Origin: a virus
Length of the DNA: 57,697 nt
Virus record (IMG/VR): IMGVR_UViG_3300045988_023664
Location: 1 to 57,697 of that record
Direction: 5' to 3' (one strand)
Positions 7,227 through 16,867 of this stretch are shown piece after piece. Below the pieces are notes generated by a model. That model searched no databases. It worked only from the letters and a program-made list of their open reading frames with translations, and was not told the origin of the DNA. Numbering within the stretch: the stretch's first letter is position 1; every line of letters begins with the position of its first letter. Made by a program: the position numbers and the translations under genes.

Positions 7227-7253
7227 AAAAGAGAGGGTTATCCCCTCTCTTTT
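7225..7253. terminator. Bidirectional intrinsic terminator (GAGAGGG-loop-CCCTCTC, flanked by an A run and a T run)
   Basis: Read directly. It follows the stop of the repressor gene and overlaps the stop of the convergent micro-ORF. Confidence 0.7.
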
Positions 7254-7354
7254 ATCATGTTACAGATAAATCTATATATTTGATTTAGTATCCATAAATC
7301 ATCCGTTTTATTGATTAGTTCAATTATCTTCTGTTTATATTCCTCATTCTCCAT
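7238..7354 (-). CDS. 38-aa micro-protein, paralog of 15471..15590
   Basis: ATG at 7354 after GGGGGA. Sequence: MENEEYKQKIIELINKTDDLWILNQIYRFICNMIKERG. It shares the D(D/I)WIL(N/H)QIYRF motif with the second copy. Confidence 0.5.
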   Translation of the reverse strand: MENEEYKQKIIELINKTDDLWILNQIYRFICNMIKERG

Positions 7355-7627
7355 ATATCCCCCTTATTGCACGATATAACACTGGTAGCGATGGTGTTAT
7401 TATAGAACATCTGTTCTTGTATGTCAACCTACCCCCAGTAGATTAACAGTTTTCAGCGGTGACACTGCCAACGCCAATCAAACAGTGCCACCTAGCCAAA
7501 ACTTGAAGATTTCGTCCGAACTCTCTCGGACAATTATTATTATAAATACTGATAATATAAAAATCAACTTAAAAATATCGCAAGTTTCGACAATATTCGA
7601 CAAAAAATAGTGTGATATTTATTGAAA

Positions 7628-8908
7628 TTAGACTAATTCACAATCAGCTACATTGACCGCCGCAAATAATTCTCCGTCATGCACAAGGACAACTCTGTCT
7701 CTACTTCTTTCTGATACTGTGTATTCATCAAACCAAGCCTTAATAGCTGTGCCGTCATAATCAGTGCTACCAACAAATCTTACTGCGCTACCCTCTTCAA
7801 TATCTTCACTGAATGGGATATCTGTAGGTGTATCATCAGAACTTGCACCGCCGATAAACTCAAGATTAGCAATATTGACAGCGGCGGTTGTAACATTTCC
7901 TATACCGATAACAACTCTGTCTCCGCTCTCTTCAATCACATCATATTCATCATAATATACTGCAAATCTTGCACCGTCATAATCAATGTTATCAAGCACT
8001 CTGACTTTCTTGCCGTCACCACGACTTACTATATCTGTGTTGACATCATTGTCATTGTCATAAATACACTTGATAAGGCTGATGTTATCCTCGTCAATAG
8101 CAGCAGTGGTTACGCCGTCAACACCGATAACAACTCTTCTGCCACTAACTGATAAAGCACTGTACTCATCATAGTAAGTGCTAAATGGCTCGCTGTTATC
8201 ATACTGAACTGCGTTGAGTACCTTAACTGTGTCGCCCTTATGGTACTTAGTGTCTGGTACTGGCTGATAATCCGGCACTGTGATGTCTTCAACTACATGG
8301 TCTGCGCAATAATCAGTGTAGCAGTAATTCTGGTCTACTGTCTGTCCGTTAATCTGTGTGTCTCTAAGATAATTAACACCGCCGCCAAACTGCCATATAT
8401 CATAATCAACAGCAATGCTAGGTTCTGTATCTGAATACTTTGCTACCCAAACGGCATAACCAGCTTCTTTTACTCTTGAAATGTCTACATAATTGTTAAT
8501 GCAGTTCTCATATGAGTATAAGCCCACATTCTTATATCCTGCGTTTCTCATTTCATCAAGGAATGCCATAATAATGTCCGTAAGGTCATTGCCAGTAACC
8601 ATGCCTGCTTCAACATCATAGAATACTGGATAGCAGAATGATTTGCCTGCTAAGAGCTGTGCAAAGTATCTGGCTTCATTTACAGCTTCATCATCACTTA
8701 ATGCGTTACCAAAGAAATAGGCTCCTTTGTGGATTCCTGCACTTTCCAACTTATTGTAACTGTTTTCAAACTCTCTATCTTCGTATAAGCCATCATCAGC
8801 ACCGCCTGCCTTGATAATGGCAAAATCTACACCCTCATTATCTTTTGCTCTCTGAAAGTCAAAATCTCCCTGCCACTTCGATGTGTCGATTCCGAATAAT
8901 TTGCTCAT
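7628..8908 (-). CDS. Endolysin: GH25 muramidase with three C-terminal SH3-like cell-wall-binding repeats
   Basis: N-terminus GIDTSKWQGDFDFQRAKDNEGVDFAIIKAG...GAYFF is the Glyco_hydro_25 signature. The C-terminus has three repeats of about 65 aa (G..V.V......YDG.....YYDEY.V.E.SGDRVVIG......AAV). Confidence 0.9.
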   Translation of the reverse strand: MSKLFGIDTSKWQGDFDFQRAKDNEGVDFAIIKAGGADDGLYEDREFENSYNKLESAGIHKGAYFFGNALSDDEAVNEARYFAQLLAGKSFCYPVFYDVEAGMVTGNDLTDIIMAFLDEMRNAGYKNVGLYSYENCINNYVDISRVKEAGYAVWVAKYSDTEPSIAVDYDIWQFGGGVNYLRDTQINGQTVDQNYCYTDYCADHVVEDITVPDYQPVPDTKYHKGDTVKVLNAVQYDNSEPFSTYYDEYSALSVSGRRVVIGVDGVTTAAIDEDNISLIKCIYDNDNDVNTDIVSRGDGKKVRVLDNIDYDGARFAVYYDEYDVIEESGDRVVIGIGNVTTAAVNIANLEFIGGASSDDTPTDIPFSEDIEEGSAVRFVGSTDYDGTAIKAWFDEYTVSERSRDRVVLVHDGELFAAVNVADCELV

Positions 8909-8934
8909 AAATTTACCTCCTGATTTAAAATGTG

Positions 8935-8969
8935 TATCAAAAAAGCACCCTAGTATTACTAAGGTGCTT
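8935..8969 (-). terminator. Intrinsic terminator (AAGCACC-N13-GGTGCTT followed by TTTTTT on the minus strand)
   Basis: The T run ends only about 26 nt upstream of the endolysin start codon. Confidence 0.6.
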
Positions 8970-9101
8970 GATTGCTAATATTAAGCTGTTCATCTGAAAG
9001 TGAGTTAGACATCATTTGTAAAAGTCGTAGCTGTAATTTTTTCTTTGCCTCCATTTTTATATACCCCTTATAATAATATTATTGCAAGGGAAATGTATAG
9101 T

Positions 9102-9485
9102 ATGAAATCCGTTTTTATCAATGCCCTGTGTCTATTTTTCGTTACACAATTAAACAGTAATAATATTAATATACCGATTAATGTTGATACAAATACATTT
9201 ACTATAACTGAATATTTTAGATATAGTACATACGGAAAAATCTGCATAATTGACTTTGGTGGAATTATTTCAAATAAATCTGGGAGAAGCATATTATTAT
9301 CAAATGAAATACCAAAACCTATAACAAGAACAGTATGTGTTCTTACAGATGCAGATGCTCCTATAACTCAATCTCCTATAATTGCCGTAAGTCACAATAA
9401 AATAAATACAAAAGAACTACGGATCCACATTAGAAATGATGCTGTTAAAAAAGCTTTATATGGTCAAATGTTTTATTTTATATAA
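9102..9485 (+). CDS. Hypothetical protein with an N-terminal hydrophobic segment (127 aa), on the opposite strand to its neighbours
   Basis: ORF track entry 9045..9485. The ATG at 9102 lies 9 nt after GGGAA. Sequence starts MKSVFINALCLFFVTQLNS... It lies between the fibre and lysin genes on the plus strand. Confidence 0.45.
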   Translation: MKSVFINALCLFFVTQLNSNNINIPINVDTNTFTITEYFRYSTYGKICIIDFGGIISNKSGRSILLSNEIPKPITRTVCVLTDADAPITQSPIIAVSHNKINTKELRIHIRNDAVKKALYGQMFYFI

Positions 9486-9495
9486 TCTAAAACAA

Positions 9496-10008
9496 TTAAC
9501 GATTTTTAAATCTAATATCAGTAAAATTTACAAAATTGACTTTTGTAGAAGTTTTATCACTTTTCAACATTAATTTTATTTCCGAAGGAGATTCTATTAC
9601 TAATGGAATTATATAAGATGTATTCATATAAGGCAATATACTTAATTCTCCAGTATATGATTTTATTGAATTATTTTGATACAGTGCTGCTTGAATTAAA
9701 ATTTCTGAATTAGTCGCATTTCTTATAAAACCGATTAAAATATGAGCACCTACTGACATATTGTATTTCTGTCCAGTGTCAGTATAAGAATCGTATATAT
9801 CAATTTCTTTTTCACCTGTATTGTAATATTTAATTTCTATATTACTGTTTAATTGTGTAACTTCATCACGAAGATTGCTAATCATATCGTTGTTATTCTT
9901 AATGCCTGCGTCCATTACATTTAAGTTTGCCGCACTAAGCGGAGTACTTTTACTTGGCGATTGTTGCCAGTTTACACGGCTGTACGAAAGAAAACCGGTT
10001 AGGCTCAT
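9496..10008 (-). CDS. Putative tail fibre or receptor-binding accessory protein
   Basis: The N-terminal motif VNWQQSPSKSTPLSAANLNVMDAGI is typical of Firmicutes phage fibre proteins as I recall them. Its position downstream of the large tail protein supports the call. Confidence 0.5.
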   Translation of the reverse strand: MSLTGFLSYSRVNWQQSPSKSTPLSAANLNVMDAGIKNNNDMISNLRDEVTQLNSNIEIKYYNTGEKEIDIYDSYTDTGQKYNMSVGAHILIGFIRNATNSEILIQAALYQNNSIKSYTGELSILPYMNTSYIIPLVIESPSEIKLMLKSDKTSTKVNFVNFTDIRFKNR

Positions 10009-10062
10009 GATTTACCTCCTTAAAAATAAGAGTGCAGGCTTAAACCCACGCTCTTTGATAAT

Positions 10063-10314
10063 TTATGCTGTTGCTGTTGTGTCTGAATTTGTAATCTGTT
10101 GTTCATTCTTTAGCAACTTATTAACTTCTGCCTTAAAATTCTCGTAATCAGCATCGCATTGTGTCTGATTTGCAAGGTATAATTCCTTGTTAGTGATTGT
10201 CTGACTAATTGTCAATGAACCAGTTTCCGGTACAGCCGCATACATTGTCATAGCTGATTGACCGTTAATCACAGATGTACCGCTTAAATTTGTTGTCTTT
10301 GTTATACTTAACAT
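10063..10314 (-). CDS. Hypothetical tail-associated protein (83 aa)
   Basis: ORF in the tail operon. Confidence 0.5.
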   Translation of the reverse strand: MLSITKTTNLSGTSVINGQSAMTMYAAVPETGSLTISQTITNKELYLANQTQCDADYENFKAEVNKLLKNEQQITNSDTTATA

Positions 10315-10344
10315 ATTGTTTTTCCTTTCTACCGCTGTGCGGAT

Positions 10345-13300
10345 TTATATACCTAATTTTTGTTTAATCCATTCTGATAATTCAACCCATGCTCCACCAG
10401 AGCTTATATAATAATATCCATACACATAACAATCTCCATCATTCAGACGCAAATTTTTAGTTAAGCTTGTGTTGTAGTCATCATGTGTTAGATATACACC
10501 ATTGTAATCATATGTAGCAAGTCCCTTACCATTAGTCAGGAAAAAGCTTAAGGTTTGAGCCCCCAAAGCTGTACTGTATGTTCCATCAATATGTTCGGTC
10601 GCATAAGGACTATATCTACCAGCGTAGTTATCATAATTTAAAGTCATGTAAGAGCTATTTTTTCCGCTTGTGTTTATATTTATGCTTCCACCTGTTATTT
10701 TCGCATTGCTCGATATCAGGTTATCACATCTTATAGTTCCGTCTGCTGAAATAGTAGTATTAGTAGATGTAAGTGTGAACAGATTACCATTGATATTAAC
10801 AGACTTATTACCGCTAATGTTAATTGTTCCACTTGCATTAAGCGTTATATCGTCTGCTATAGCTTCAATTGCGGATTTAAGCTCGCCACTTGTTGGGTCT
10901 TTCTTTATATAAGCTGCAAGGCTAGCTGTGGTTGCGTAGCTCTTAAGCGTATTAGCTACGCTATCCTTAGTTGCGTAAGTTCCTGACACCTCTAGTTTGA
11001 TGCTATTACTTTCACTTGTTATTGCTTGCGTTATAGCATTATTCATCTGCGTTGTAGTGCTATAATTGTTCTGAATATTAGTTGTAAGAGAAGATAGACT
11101 TGTACTTATGTTGTTCACATCAATTCTTAAAGAAGCGTTCTGGTTAAGAAGATAGGTTGTTTCTGTCGCACTGATTTCAACCCAATCATGTGTTCCGTCA
11201 GACTTTCTTATAAATCGCCATGCTCTTTGTTGGTCTTTCCAATATGCAATAGTTCCTACATACTTCTCATACTCATCTTCTGTGTATTGCCATATAATAT
11301 CGTCACTTGGATATATATTATCACTTGGATATATCTGTATACTCCATTCATTAGTAGGGTAGTTATCCTTAGTAGGTGCATGTGCAATCTCATATATCTT
11401 ATGATTGCCATTAAGCTGATTATCAATGTATTGATATTGGTTTGTAACATCAACCGTCAATCCATTTAAGTTCTGTTCAACAGTTGTCAGCTTATTAGAT
11501 ATGTTTGTAACTTCATCTTGATTAGCTTTCTTCTCAACTGTGCTTGTAAGGCTAGATATGCTTGATGTGTTAGTGTCCGTTGTCTGTTTAATACTATTAA
11601 CAGTATTACTCAATGTGGTAACTGTGCTACTATCAGCCTTTTTACTAAGGGTTTCGGACATTTTGGTTATAGTAGAACTATTTTCATCAACAGTCTGTTT
11701 AACCTCATTAAATGTCGTGGTATCGACCTTGTTACTCATATCAGTTTCAAGGCTAGTTGTTCGTGTCTTAAGGCTTGATAATTCACTGTCTGTATCAGTT
11801 TTCCAAGAGCTTATTTCAACATTAAACTTCTTAATTCCAGTAATCTCACCATTGATGTTAATAATATCCTGTAACGCCTTAGTAACATCACTATCCTTAA
11901 TCAGTACCCATTCATAGTTAGGTGCTTCTAATGTACCTGTATCAGCAAATCTGTATGAATATCCATCTGCACTTGAAGCCGGATTAACCACATAACAGAT
12001 ATCGCCTATATGCTTGTTTTTCGTTGCGTTATCTTTCCAGTTAATAGCCGGCTCATTATTAAGGGTAGGTATTTCTGTCTTTGTGAATGTCTCGATATTT
12101 CCGTCAATTTGCCCCTGTAAATCTTCCTGCACTTTATCTAAATATTCTTTTGTCGGTACTTCCTCGGCTAACTTATCCAAAGATAAGGAACCCGTTCCGA
12201 TACGCTTGCCATTGATTGTACCTACTGTAATGTTATCAGCATTAAGATTAGTAACTGTAATCTTGCTTGCGTCAATAGTACCAGCTGTCAGCTTGTTTGC
12301 TGAAAGACTTTGCACCTTTTCGTTTGTTACTGCACCATCTTTGATGAGTGATGTTGTTACAACTTGTCCTTTGACATTCGCAAAATCAATTTGTGCGTAC
12401 TTTAAATCTGCTATGTCCGCCGTCAATGAATTGGCTTTTAATTGCATAATTTCAGCATTAGCTGCCTTAAGACTTTCCACATTAGCATTAATGATATCTG
12501 CATATGTTGCATCTAGTTTATTTGTTTTAAGGTTGTCAATATCAGCATTAACAGCCTTTAAGGTTTCAATGCTTGCGTATCTGATATCAGCTTCATCAAC
12601 AGATAGTTTATTAATAAGCGCTTTATTTACAAGTATCAAGTCGGCATAGTACCGTTCCATCTGCTTAGTAATAGGACCAGAAGCAACGCTTGTATTCTCC
12701 GTGTCAGATTGACCTATAGATGTAACAGTATCCATTAAGCCGCCGTCACATTCGTGCGTAATCTGCATTATAGGCACTTTGTAATCAACGCCACCTTTGT
12801 TGACAGTTATAATGTCACCAACTTCTAGTCGGTAGTCACCGACAAACTTAACTGTAAGCGGTCTAAATGTAAAACCGCCTATCTTTTTATATACTTCATC
12901 AAGAATTGCTTGTGTCATAAATGGGTTAGCAAAACTAAGTCCTGTCGCTCCGTCACCAGAAGTAATCTCGCTTTGTTCTGTAGAACCACTCTTGGTATTA
13001 TTACATGTCAGTTTTTGTATTATGAAATCCTTAGATGTCGTAAAGGTAACGCCCTGTTGATAATACTTATGTCCGTCAAGTACATACCCACTATCCTTAT
13101 ACCACCTTAATTCAAGGTTTCCATCAGAATTAATTACCGCGTTACAGCCTTGTAGCATAGCCATATAACCGATAATTTCTCTGTAAGTATATCCTTGTGG
13201 CTTGTCGTTGATAGTATGTGCTGTGGCTATATTTGTTGCTAAAGATATACCTAACTTACCGCATATCTCATTAAGAATAGCTTTATCTGTGTTAGGAAAT

Positions 13301-13680
13301 GCCATATCTGAGAAGTAAGGCATATCAGCCTTATACATTCTGTCGTATGCTTCATAGCTTGTATACTCTCCGTCGCTTGTCTGCTTAGTGACTGTAAATA
13401 TTCCCAACTTGATATACTTAATTTCTGTGCCAACCTTAACACCCTCAAATATGGTAATCTCCTTATTTTCAAGGCTTATTGTTGGCATATAAATAGAAAA
13501 GGTAACACCGCTACTGCAAGTGTTACCTATCGTAATTTCATTATTGGGATTTATCATGTTTAGAAACTTGAAATTGTTAAGTGTATCAGTATGTTCTTTT
13601 CCATCAACGACATACTTAGAATAGTATCTTGTACTATTTCCCCTAACAATTTCCGTCATAGCTGTGTCTAATATCTTCAT
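10345..13680 (-). CDS. Large tail tip / tail-associated protein (1111 aa) with central coiled-coil/fibre region
   Basis: The size, the position after the Dit-like genes, a prophage-tail N-terminal domain-like start, and a long coiled-coil middle (LKANSL..., LSANKLTAGTIDASKITVTNLNADNITVG). Confidence 0.7.
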   Translation of the reverse strand: MKILDTAMTEIVRGNSTRYYSKYVVDGKEHTDTLNNFKFLNMINPNNEITIGNTCSSGVTFSIYMPTISLENKEITIFEGVKVGTEIKYIKLGIFTVTKQTSDGEYTSYEAYDRMYKADMPYFSDMAFPNTDKAILNEICGKLGISLATNIATAHTINDKPQGYTYREIIGYMAMLQGCNAVINSDGNLELRWYKDSGYVLDGHKYYQQGVTFTTSKDFIIQKLTCNNTKSGSTEQSEITSGDGATGLSFANPFMTQAILDEVYKKIGGFTFRPLTVKFVGDYRLEVGDIITVNKGGVDYKVPIMQITHECDGGLMDTVTSIGQSDTENTSVASGPITKQMERYYADLILVNKALINKLSVDEADIRYASIETLKAVNADIDNLKTNKLDATYADIINANVESLKAANAEIMQLKANSLTADIADLKYAQIDFANVKGQVVTTSLIKDGAVTNEKVQSLSANKLTAGTIDASKITVTNLNADNITVGTINGKRIGTGSLSLDKLAEEVPTKEYLDKVQEDLQGQIDGNIETFTKTEIPTLNNEPAINWKDNATKNKHIGDICYVVNPASSADGYSYRFADTGTLEAPNYEWVLIKDSDVTKALQDIININGEITGIKKFNVEISSWKTDTDSELSSLKTRTTSLETDMSNKVDTTTFNEVKQTVDENSSTITKMSETLSKKADSSTVTTLSNTVNSIKQTTDTNTSSISSLTSTVEKKANQDEVTNISNKLTTVEQNLNGLTVDVTNQYQYIDNQLNGNHKIYEIAHAPTKDNYPTNEWSIQIYPSDNIYPSDDIIWQYTEDEYEKYVGTIAYWKDQQRAWRFIRKSDGTHDWVEISATETTYLLNQNASLRIDVNNISTSLSSLTTNIQNNYSTTTQMNNAITQAITSESNSIKLEVSGTYATKDSVANTLKSYATTASLAAYIKKDPTSGELKSAIEAIADDITLNASGTINISGNKSVNINGNLFTLTSTNTTISADGTIRCDNLISSNAKITGGSININTSGKNSSYMTLNYDNYAGRYSPYATEHIDGTYSTALGAQTLSFFLTNGKGLATYDYNGVYLTHDDYNTSLTKNLRLNDGDCYVYGYYYISSGGAWVELSEWIKQKLGI

Positions 13681-13704
13681 TCTACACCGCCTTTTATTGA
13701 TTAA

Positions 13705-14088
13705 TTAATGGCTTATCATAAACTCAATTGAGTATAGTTTAGCTGGTGTAATTTCTTCGCATTTATCGAATGCGTCCATAGGAAGCATTGTCATGTCAGG
13801 TACTTCAATCTCTTGCTCATTGATTTCCTGTAATTCTTCCTGTAACTTTTTTAAGTTCTCTGATGTAATCTGATACTGATTATTATTGACAACTGGATTG
13901 CCACTGTCGTCCTTGTCTGCATACTTAATCTTAGTATTTTCTATGGTCTGTAGCGTTGTCTTATACAGTTCTTCTAATGCCTTAATATTGCACATAATAG
14001 CCATAGCAATTCTGCCTGTGGTCTTGTCATGCGATATGTTACTTAAGCTCTGAAATCTGTCTATTAACTCACTTGTTTTAAGTTTCAT
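13705..14088 (-). CDS. Tail module protein (DUF1617-like)
   Basis: Position and size. This is a recollection-level similarity. Confidence 0.45.
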   Translation of the reverse strand: MKLKTSELIDRFQSLSNISHDKTTGRIAMAIMCNIKALEELYKTTLQTIENTKIKYADKDDSGNPVVNNNQYQITSENLKKLQEELQEINEQEIEVPDMTMLPMDAFDKCEEITPAKLYSIEFMISH

Positions 14089-14101
14089 GTGGAACTCTCC
14101 T

Positions 14102-14473
14102 TTATTTCTGAATTAAACTTAATTTTGCTCCGACTATAAGTCCGTCCTCATTCTTTGCCCTTGTGAGATACGGATATGTCACATCTCCTGTGTATATTGT
14201 CATTTCTTTTTGTGTACCACCTAAGAATAAGACTTGTGCCGTTGGAAATGGGTTATCTACGTCGCTTACTACATTATCAAGCAATAGTGCTTGTTCTCCT
14301 GTAAGTGGCGGTAATTGAAGCTCTACTTTGTCTTTGATATCCACGATTGTGCCTACCATTTCGCCGTAGTCATTTCTTCCTGTATTTTTAGACCATATCT
14401 TATTTCTACTGTATGTGTAGCCGTTATATGCTACTGGGAATCTAACTCCCTCAATCACAACTGCGTCAATCAA
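14102..14473 (-). CDS. Small distal-tail-type protein (DUF6711-like)
   Basis: TTG start at 14473 after GGGGTGG. The pattern ...GRNDYGEMVGTIVDIKDKVELQLPPLTGEQALLLDNVVS... resembles a prophage tail family as I recall it. Confidence 0.45.
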   Translation of the reverse strand: MIDAVVIEGVRFPVAYNGYTYSRNKIWSKNTGRNDYGEMVGTIVDIKDKVELQLPPLTGEQALLLDNVVSDVDNPFPTAQVLFLGGTQKEMTIYTGDVTYPYLTRAKNEDGLIVGAKLSLIQK

Positions 14474-14495
14474 TCAAACCACCCCTTTCAAGGCA

Positions 14496-14531
14496 TTAAA
14501 AAAGGAATGCACCATTTCTGATACATTCCTT
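14496..14531 (-). terminator. Intrinsic terminator (AAGGAATG-N14-CATTCCTT followed by TTTTTT on the minus strand)
   Basis: It closes the moron island. The T run ends about 23 nt before the next tail gene start. Confidence 0.6.
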
Positions 14532-14603
14532 AGTGTGGTTACAAATTTCTTGCAACCATTATATTTATTTCTGTTTGAGCCATTCTAATATTCTCAAGAA
14601 AAT

Positions 14604-15377
14604 CTATGCAACTTCATTGAATAATTGCAGTATAAATTCTCTTCCAAGCTGTGTTATTCTCCTGTGATAAATAACCTTACCATTGTCAAGGATTTCTTGC
14701 TTAATCTCTTCATATCCCATACTGCTGTATGGCGAGTAAAGAACCCAAGTTCCATTGACACTGTATTGGATTTTTTTATCAGCAAGTAACTTGTTAAGTT
14801 GAATAGCAGATTTCAGATTCAGTTCCTTAGCAATCTCTGTCATTGTATATGTCTTATTGACATGTGTTAAGATAGCGTTCTTTCTTTCTGCTTCAACTCT
14901 TGCTTGTCTTTCCTGTTTTAACTTTGTTAATAATTCTATTCCAAAGTCTGGATTATTCAGTATTTCATCAATAACATTATCAGTAGCATATATTCCATTC
15001 TTACGAATTGACGGAATAATCTCATCAGCCACTAATGCTTGAAATTTCTCTGCTGTTTCATTTTTGGCTTTCATTGCTAGTCGGTAGAAGATGTTTTCTG
15101 GGATAAAATCTGGACAATTCCCTTTGTAATTGCCGTTGCAACTTCCTGCAACGACCTTTAAATCTGTTAGATAATTGTAAACCGTATTCCACCTAACAAC
15201 CTCGTTGCCACTTGCTGCAACGGTGGTAAACCCAAGTCCTCTAGCAACATTTTCCAATCTTAAGTACGCAACGCCATTCTGCTCATAGCAGTCTACGCCG
15301 CAAATATTCTTAGTGTTCATAGGTACTTTAATCTCATTGTGAGAACTATCTTTTGTAGTTGGATAATTATAACTCAT
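14604..15377 (-). CDS. Phage antirepressor (ORF6N/KilA-type N-domain plus ANT/KilAC C-domain)
   Basis: GVAYLRLENVARGLGF...VRWNTV...FIPENIFYRLAMKAKNETAEKFQALVADEIIPSIRKNGIY, and a C-terminal part with TMTEIAKELNLKSAIQLNKLLADKKIQY. Confidence 0.8.
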   Translation of the reverse strand: MSYNYPTTKDSSHNEIKVPMNTKNICGVDCYEQNGVAYLRLENVARGLGFTTVAASGNEVVRWNTVYNYLTDLKVVAGSCNGNYKGNCPDFIPENIFYRLAMKAKNETAEKFQALVADEIIPSIRKNGIYATDNVIDEILNNPDFGIELLTKLKQERQARVEAERKNAILTHVNKTYTMTEIAKELNLKSAIQLNKLLADKKIQYSVNGTWVLYSPYSSMGYEEIKQEILDNGKVIYHRRITQLGREFILQLFNEVA

Positions 15378-15470
15378 TATTTGCCTCCTACAAAAATTTT
15401 ATCATTTGCTCTAAACAGAATCTATTGCGTAGTGGGAGTATATGCCCACAATGCCTCACGCAATAATATT

Positions 15471-15590
15471 TTATTTGTTTAAATTGTCTTTCGACATATT
15501 AACAGCAAAACGATATATTTGATGTAATATCCATATATCTTCAATATTTTCTAATGCTTCATTTATTTCGTCTTTTAATTGTTTTTCCAT
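15471..15590 (-). CDS. 39-aa micro-protein, paralog of 7238..7354
   Basis: Internal ATG at 15590 after GGAGGAAAAAC. Sequence: MEKQLKDEINEALENIEDIWILHQIYRFAVNMSKDNLNK. Confidence 0.5.
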   Translation of the reverse strand: MEKQLKDEINEALENIEDIWILHQIYRFAVNMSKDNLNK

Positions 15591-15707
15591 TTGTTTTTCC
15601 TCCGAAAATAATCTTGATTTTCCGAAAGAAACTGATATAATTGTATTTATCAATTCCTTTCGGATTGGTGGTTTGAGTAGTCACTATAAGTTTTGACCGA
15701 CTTGTGG

Positions 15708-15911
15708 CTACTCTTTTTTGTTATCTTTAAGTTCTTTTTCTACTAACCCTATGCCTTTCATAATGGTATCGGTTCTTGTTAATTCTAATTCATCAGCACA
15801 TTTCTGAATACGATTAGCTTCATCTTTTGTTATCCTGATATTAAGATTAACATTTCTAGGGTTTTCCTTATGCGGTCTTCCTGCTGGACTAATAATAATC
15901 ACTCCTTTCAA
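15708..15911 (-). CDS. Ribbon-helix-helix (CopG-like) DNA-binding protein
   Basis: GRPHKENPRNVNLNIRITKDEANRIQKCADELELTRTDTIMKGI fits the RHH pattern. The start codon is uncertain (TTG at 15911). Confidence 0.5.
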   Translation of the reverse strand: MKGVIIISPAGRPHKENPRNVNLNIRITKDEANRIQKCADELELTRTDTIMKGIGLVEKELKDNKKE

Positions 15912-16025
15912 TTATTGCCCTTGCAATATTTATGTTATTATAATAAATGCACGTGCAATAATTGTCAAGTACTTTTTAATAAAAAATGGAACGCACCGAA
16001 AGATACGCTCCGTTTAAACCATATA

Positions 16026-16370
16026 TTACCAAAAAATCAACCCACATCTGTTACATACAAACCTATGTTGTGAATAAGTTCCGCCCTGTTGCTTAATCTT
16101 CTCTTTCTTATTAACCAGTGTAAAAGGTCTTAAAGGATTCAGATTAACAGTATATCTTGTTTTGGATTTCTGCGGTACAGTTGTTGTAATCTGCGTGTGA
16201 GAACAATCCCAACTACTACATCTTGGACAATATACTTCAATCAATCCGTTTTCCGTCGCTCTGTACACTCCTTTAAAGTTAGGATTTAATGGCTGTTGAG
16301 GTTCTGGCTGTTGTTTCTTCTTCACTCCTATTGCTTCTAACATTTCATTCAGTTCTTTTTTTACTGACAT
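16026..16370 (-). CDS. Zinc-ribbon protein (CPRC...CNRC)
   Basis: ORF with two CxxC pairs, inside the moron island. Confidence 0.55.
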   Translation of the reverse strand: MSVKKELNEMLEAIGVKKKQQPEPQQPLNPNFKGVYRATENGLIEVYCPRCSSWDCSHTQITTTVPQKSKTRYTVNLNPLRPFTLVNKKEKIKQQGGTYSQHRFVCNRCGLIFW

Positions 16371-16381
16371 ACATATTCCCT

Positions 16382-16867
16382 CTACTGTAATTCTAATGTT
16401 AATTTTATAAGTTTTTTATCAATAAATGACGAATGGGCTTCCACCTCTAAATCTACATTACTTCTATCATTTAAAATAAACGCTTCCGCAATTGTAATAG
16501 ACGTGTTTGGCTGTATTTCTTTCATAATATTATCTTCCTCTTTGACAACTTTGAGTAAAGGATAATCCAATTCTACGCCATTTTGAAAACAATTTATGTC
16601 ATAATTATATGCAGCTCTGGTATTGTCTTTAGAATTATTAGTGAAATCAAAATAAACAATAAGTATATCTTTTTCATTATTATTTATAATTTCATGCTTA
16701 AGATACTTAAATTCCGTATTGTTATAAGTGGCATTATCACTGCTTTTTTCTGTTGTGGTATTAGTGTTTTCTGTCTTTGTATCGGTACTTCTATTGCCGT
16801 AAACTATTATCAAGACTAAGACAAAAGCTATTGCCAAACCGATGTAAAGTTTCTTTTTCTTTTTCAT
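16382..16867 (-). CDS. Membrane-anchored DUF4352/DUF5067-like protein
   Basis: MKKKKKLYIGLAIAFVLVLIIVYG signal anchor followed by a beta-rich domain (ILIVYFDFTNNSKDNT...). This type of protein is often immunity or exclusion associated. Confidence 0.6.
   Translation of the reverse strand: MKKKKKLYIGLAIAFVLVLIIVYGNRSTDTKTENTNTTTEKSSDNATYNNTEFKYLKHEIINNNEKDILIVYFDFTNNSKDNTRAAYNYDINCFQNGVELDYPLLKVVKEEDNIMKEIQPNTSITIAEAFILNDRSNVDLEVEAHSSFIDKKLIKLTLELQ

Noticed and set aside
9045-10008. Invertible (shufflon/Gin-type) tail-fibre segment formed by the convergent ORFs 9102..9485 (+) and 9496..10008 (-)
   Set aside because: There is no serine invertase in the genome, I could find no flanking inverted crossover sites, and there is no sequence similarity between the two ORFs.
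10345-13680. Diversity-generating retroelement targeting the tail protein
   Set aside because: There is no reverse transcriptase ORF anywhere in the window, and no template/variable repeat pair was noticed. The only internal repeat is a 15-nt tandem duplication (IYPSDNIYPSDD).
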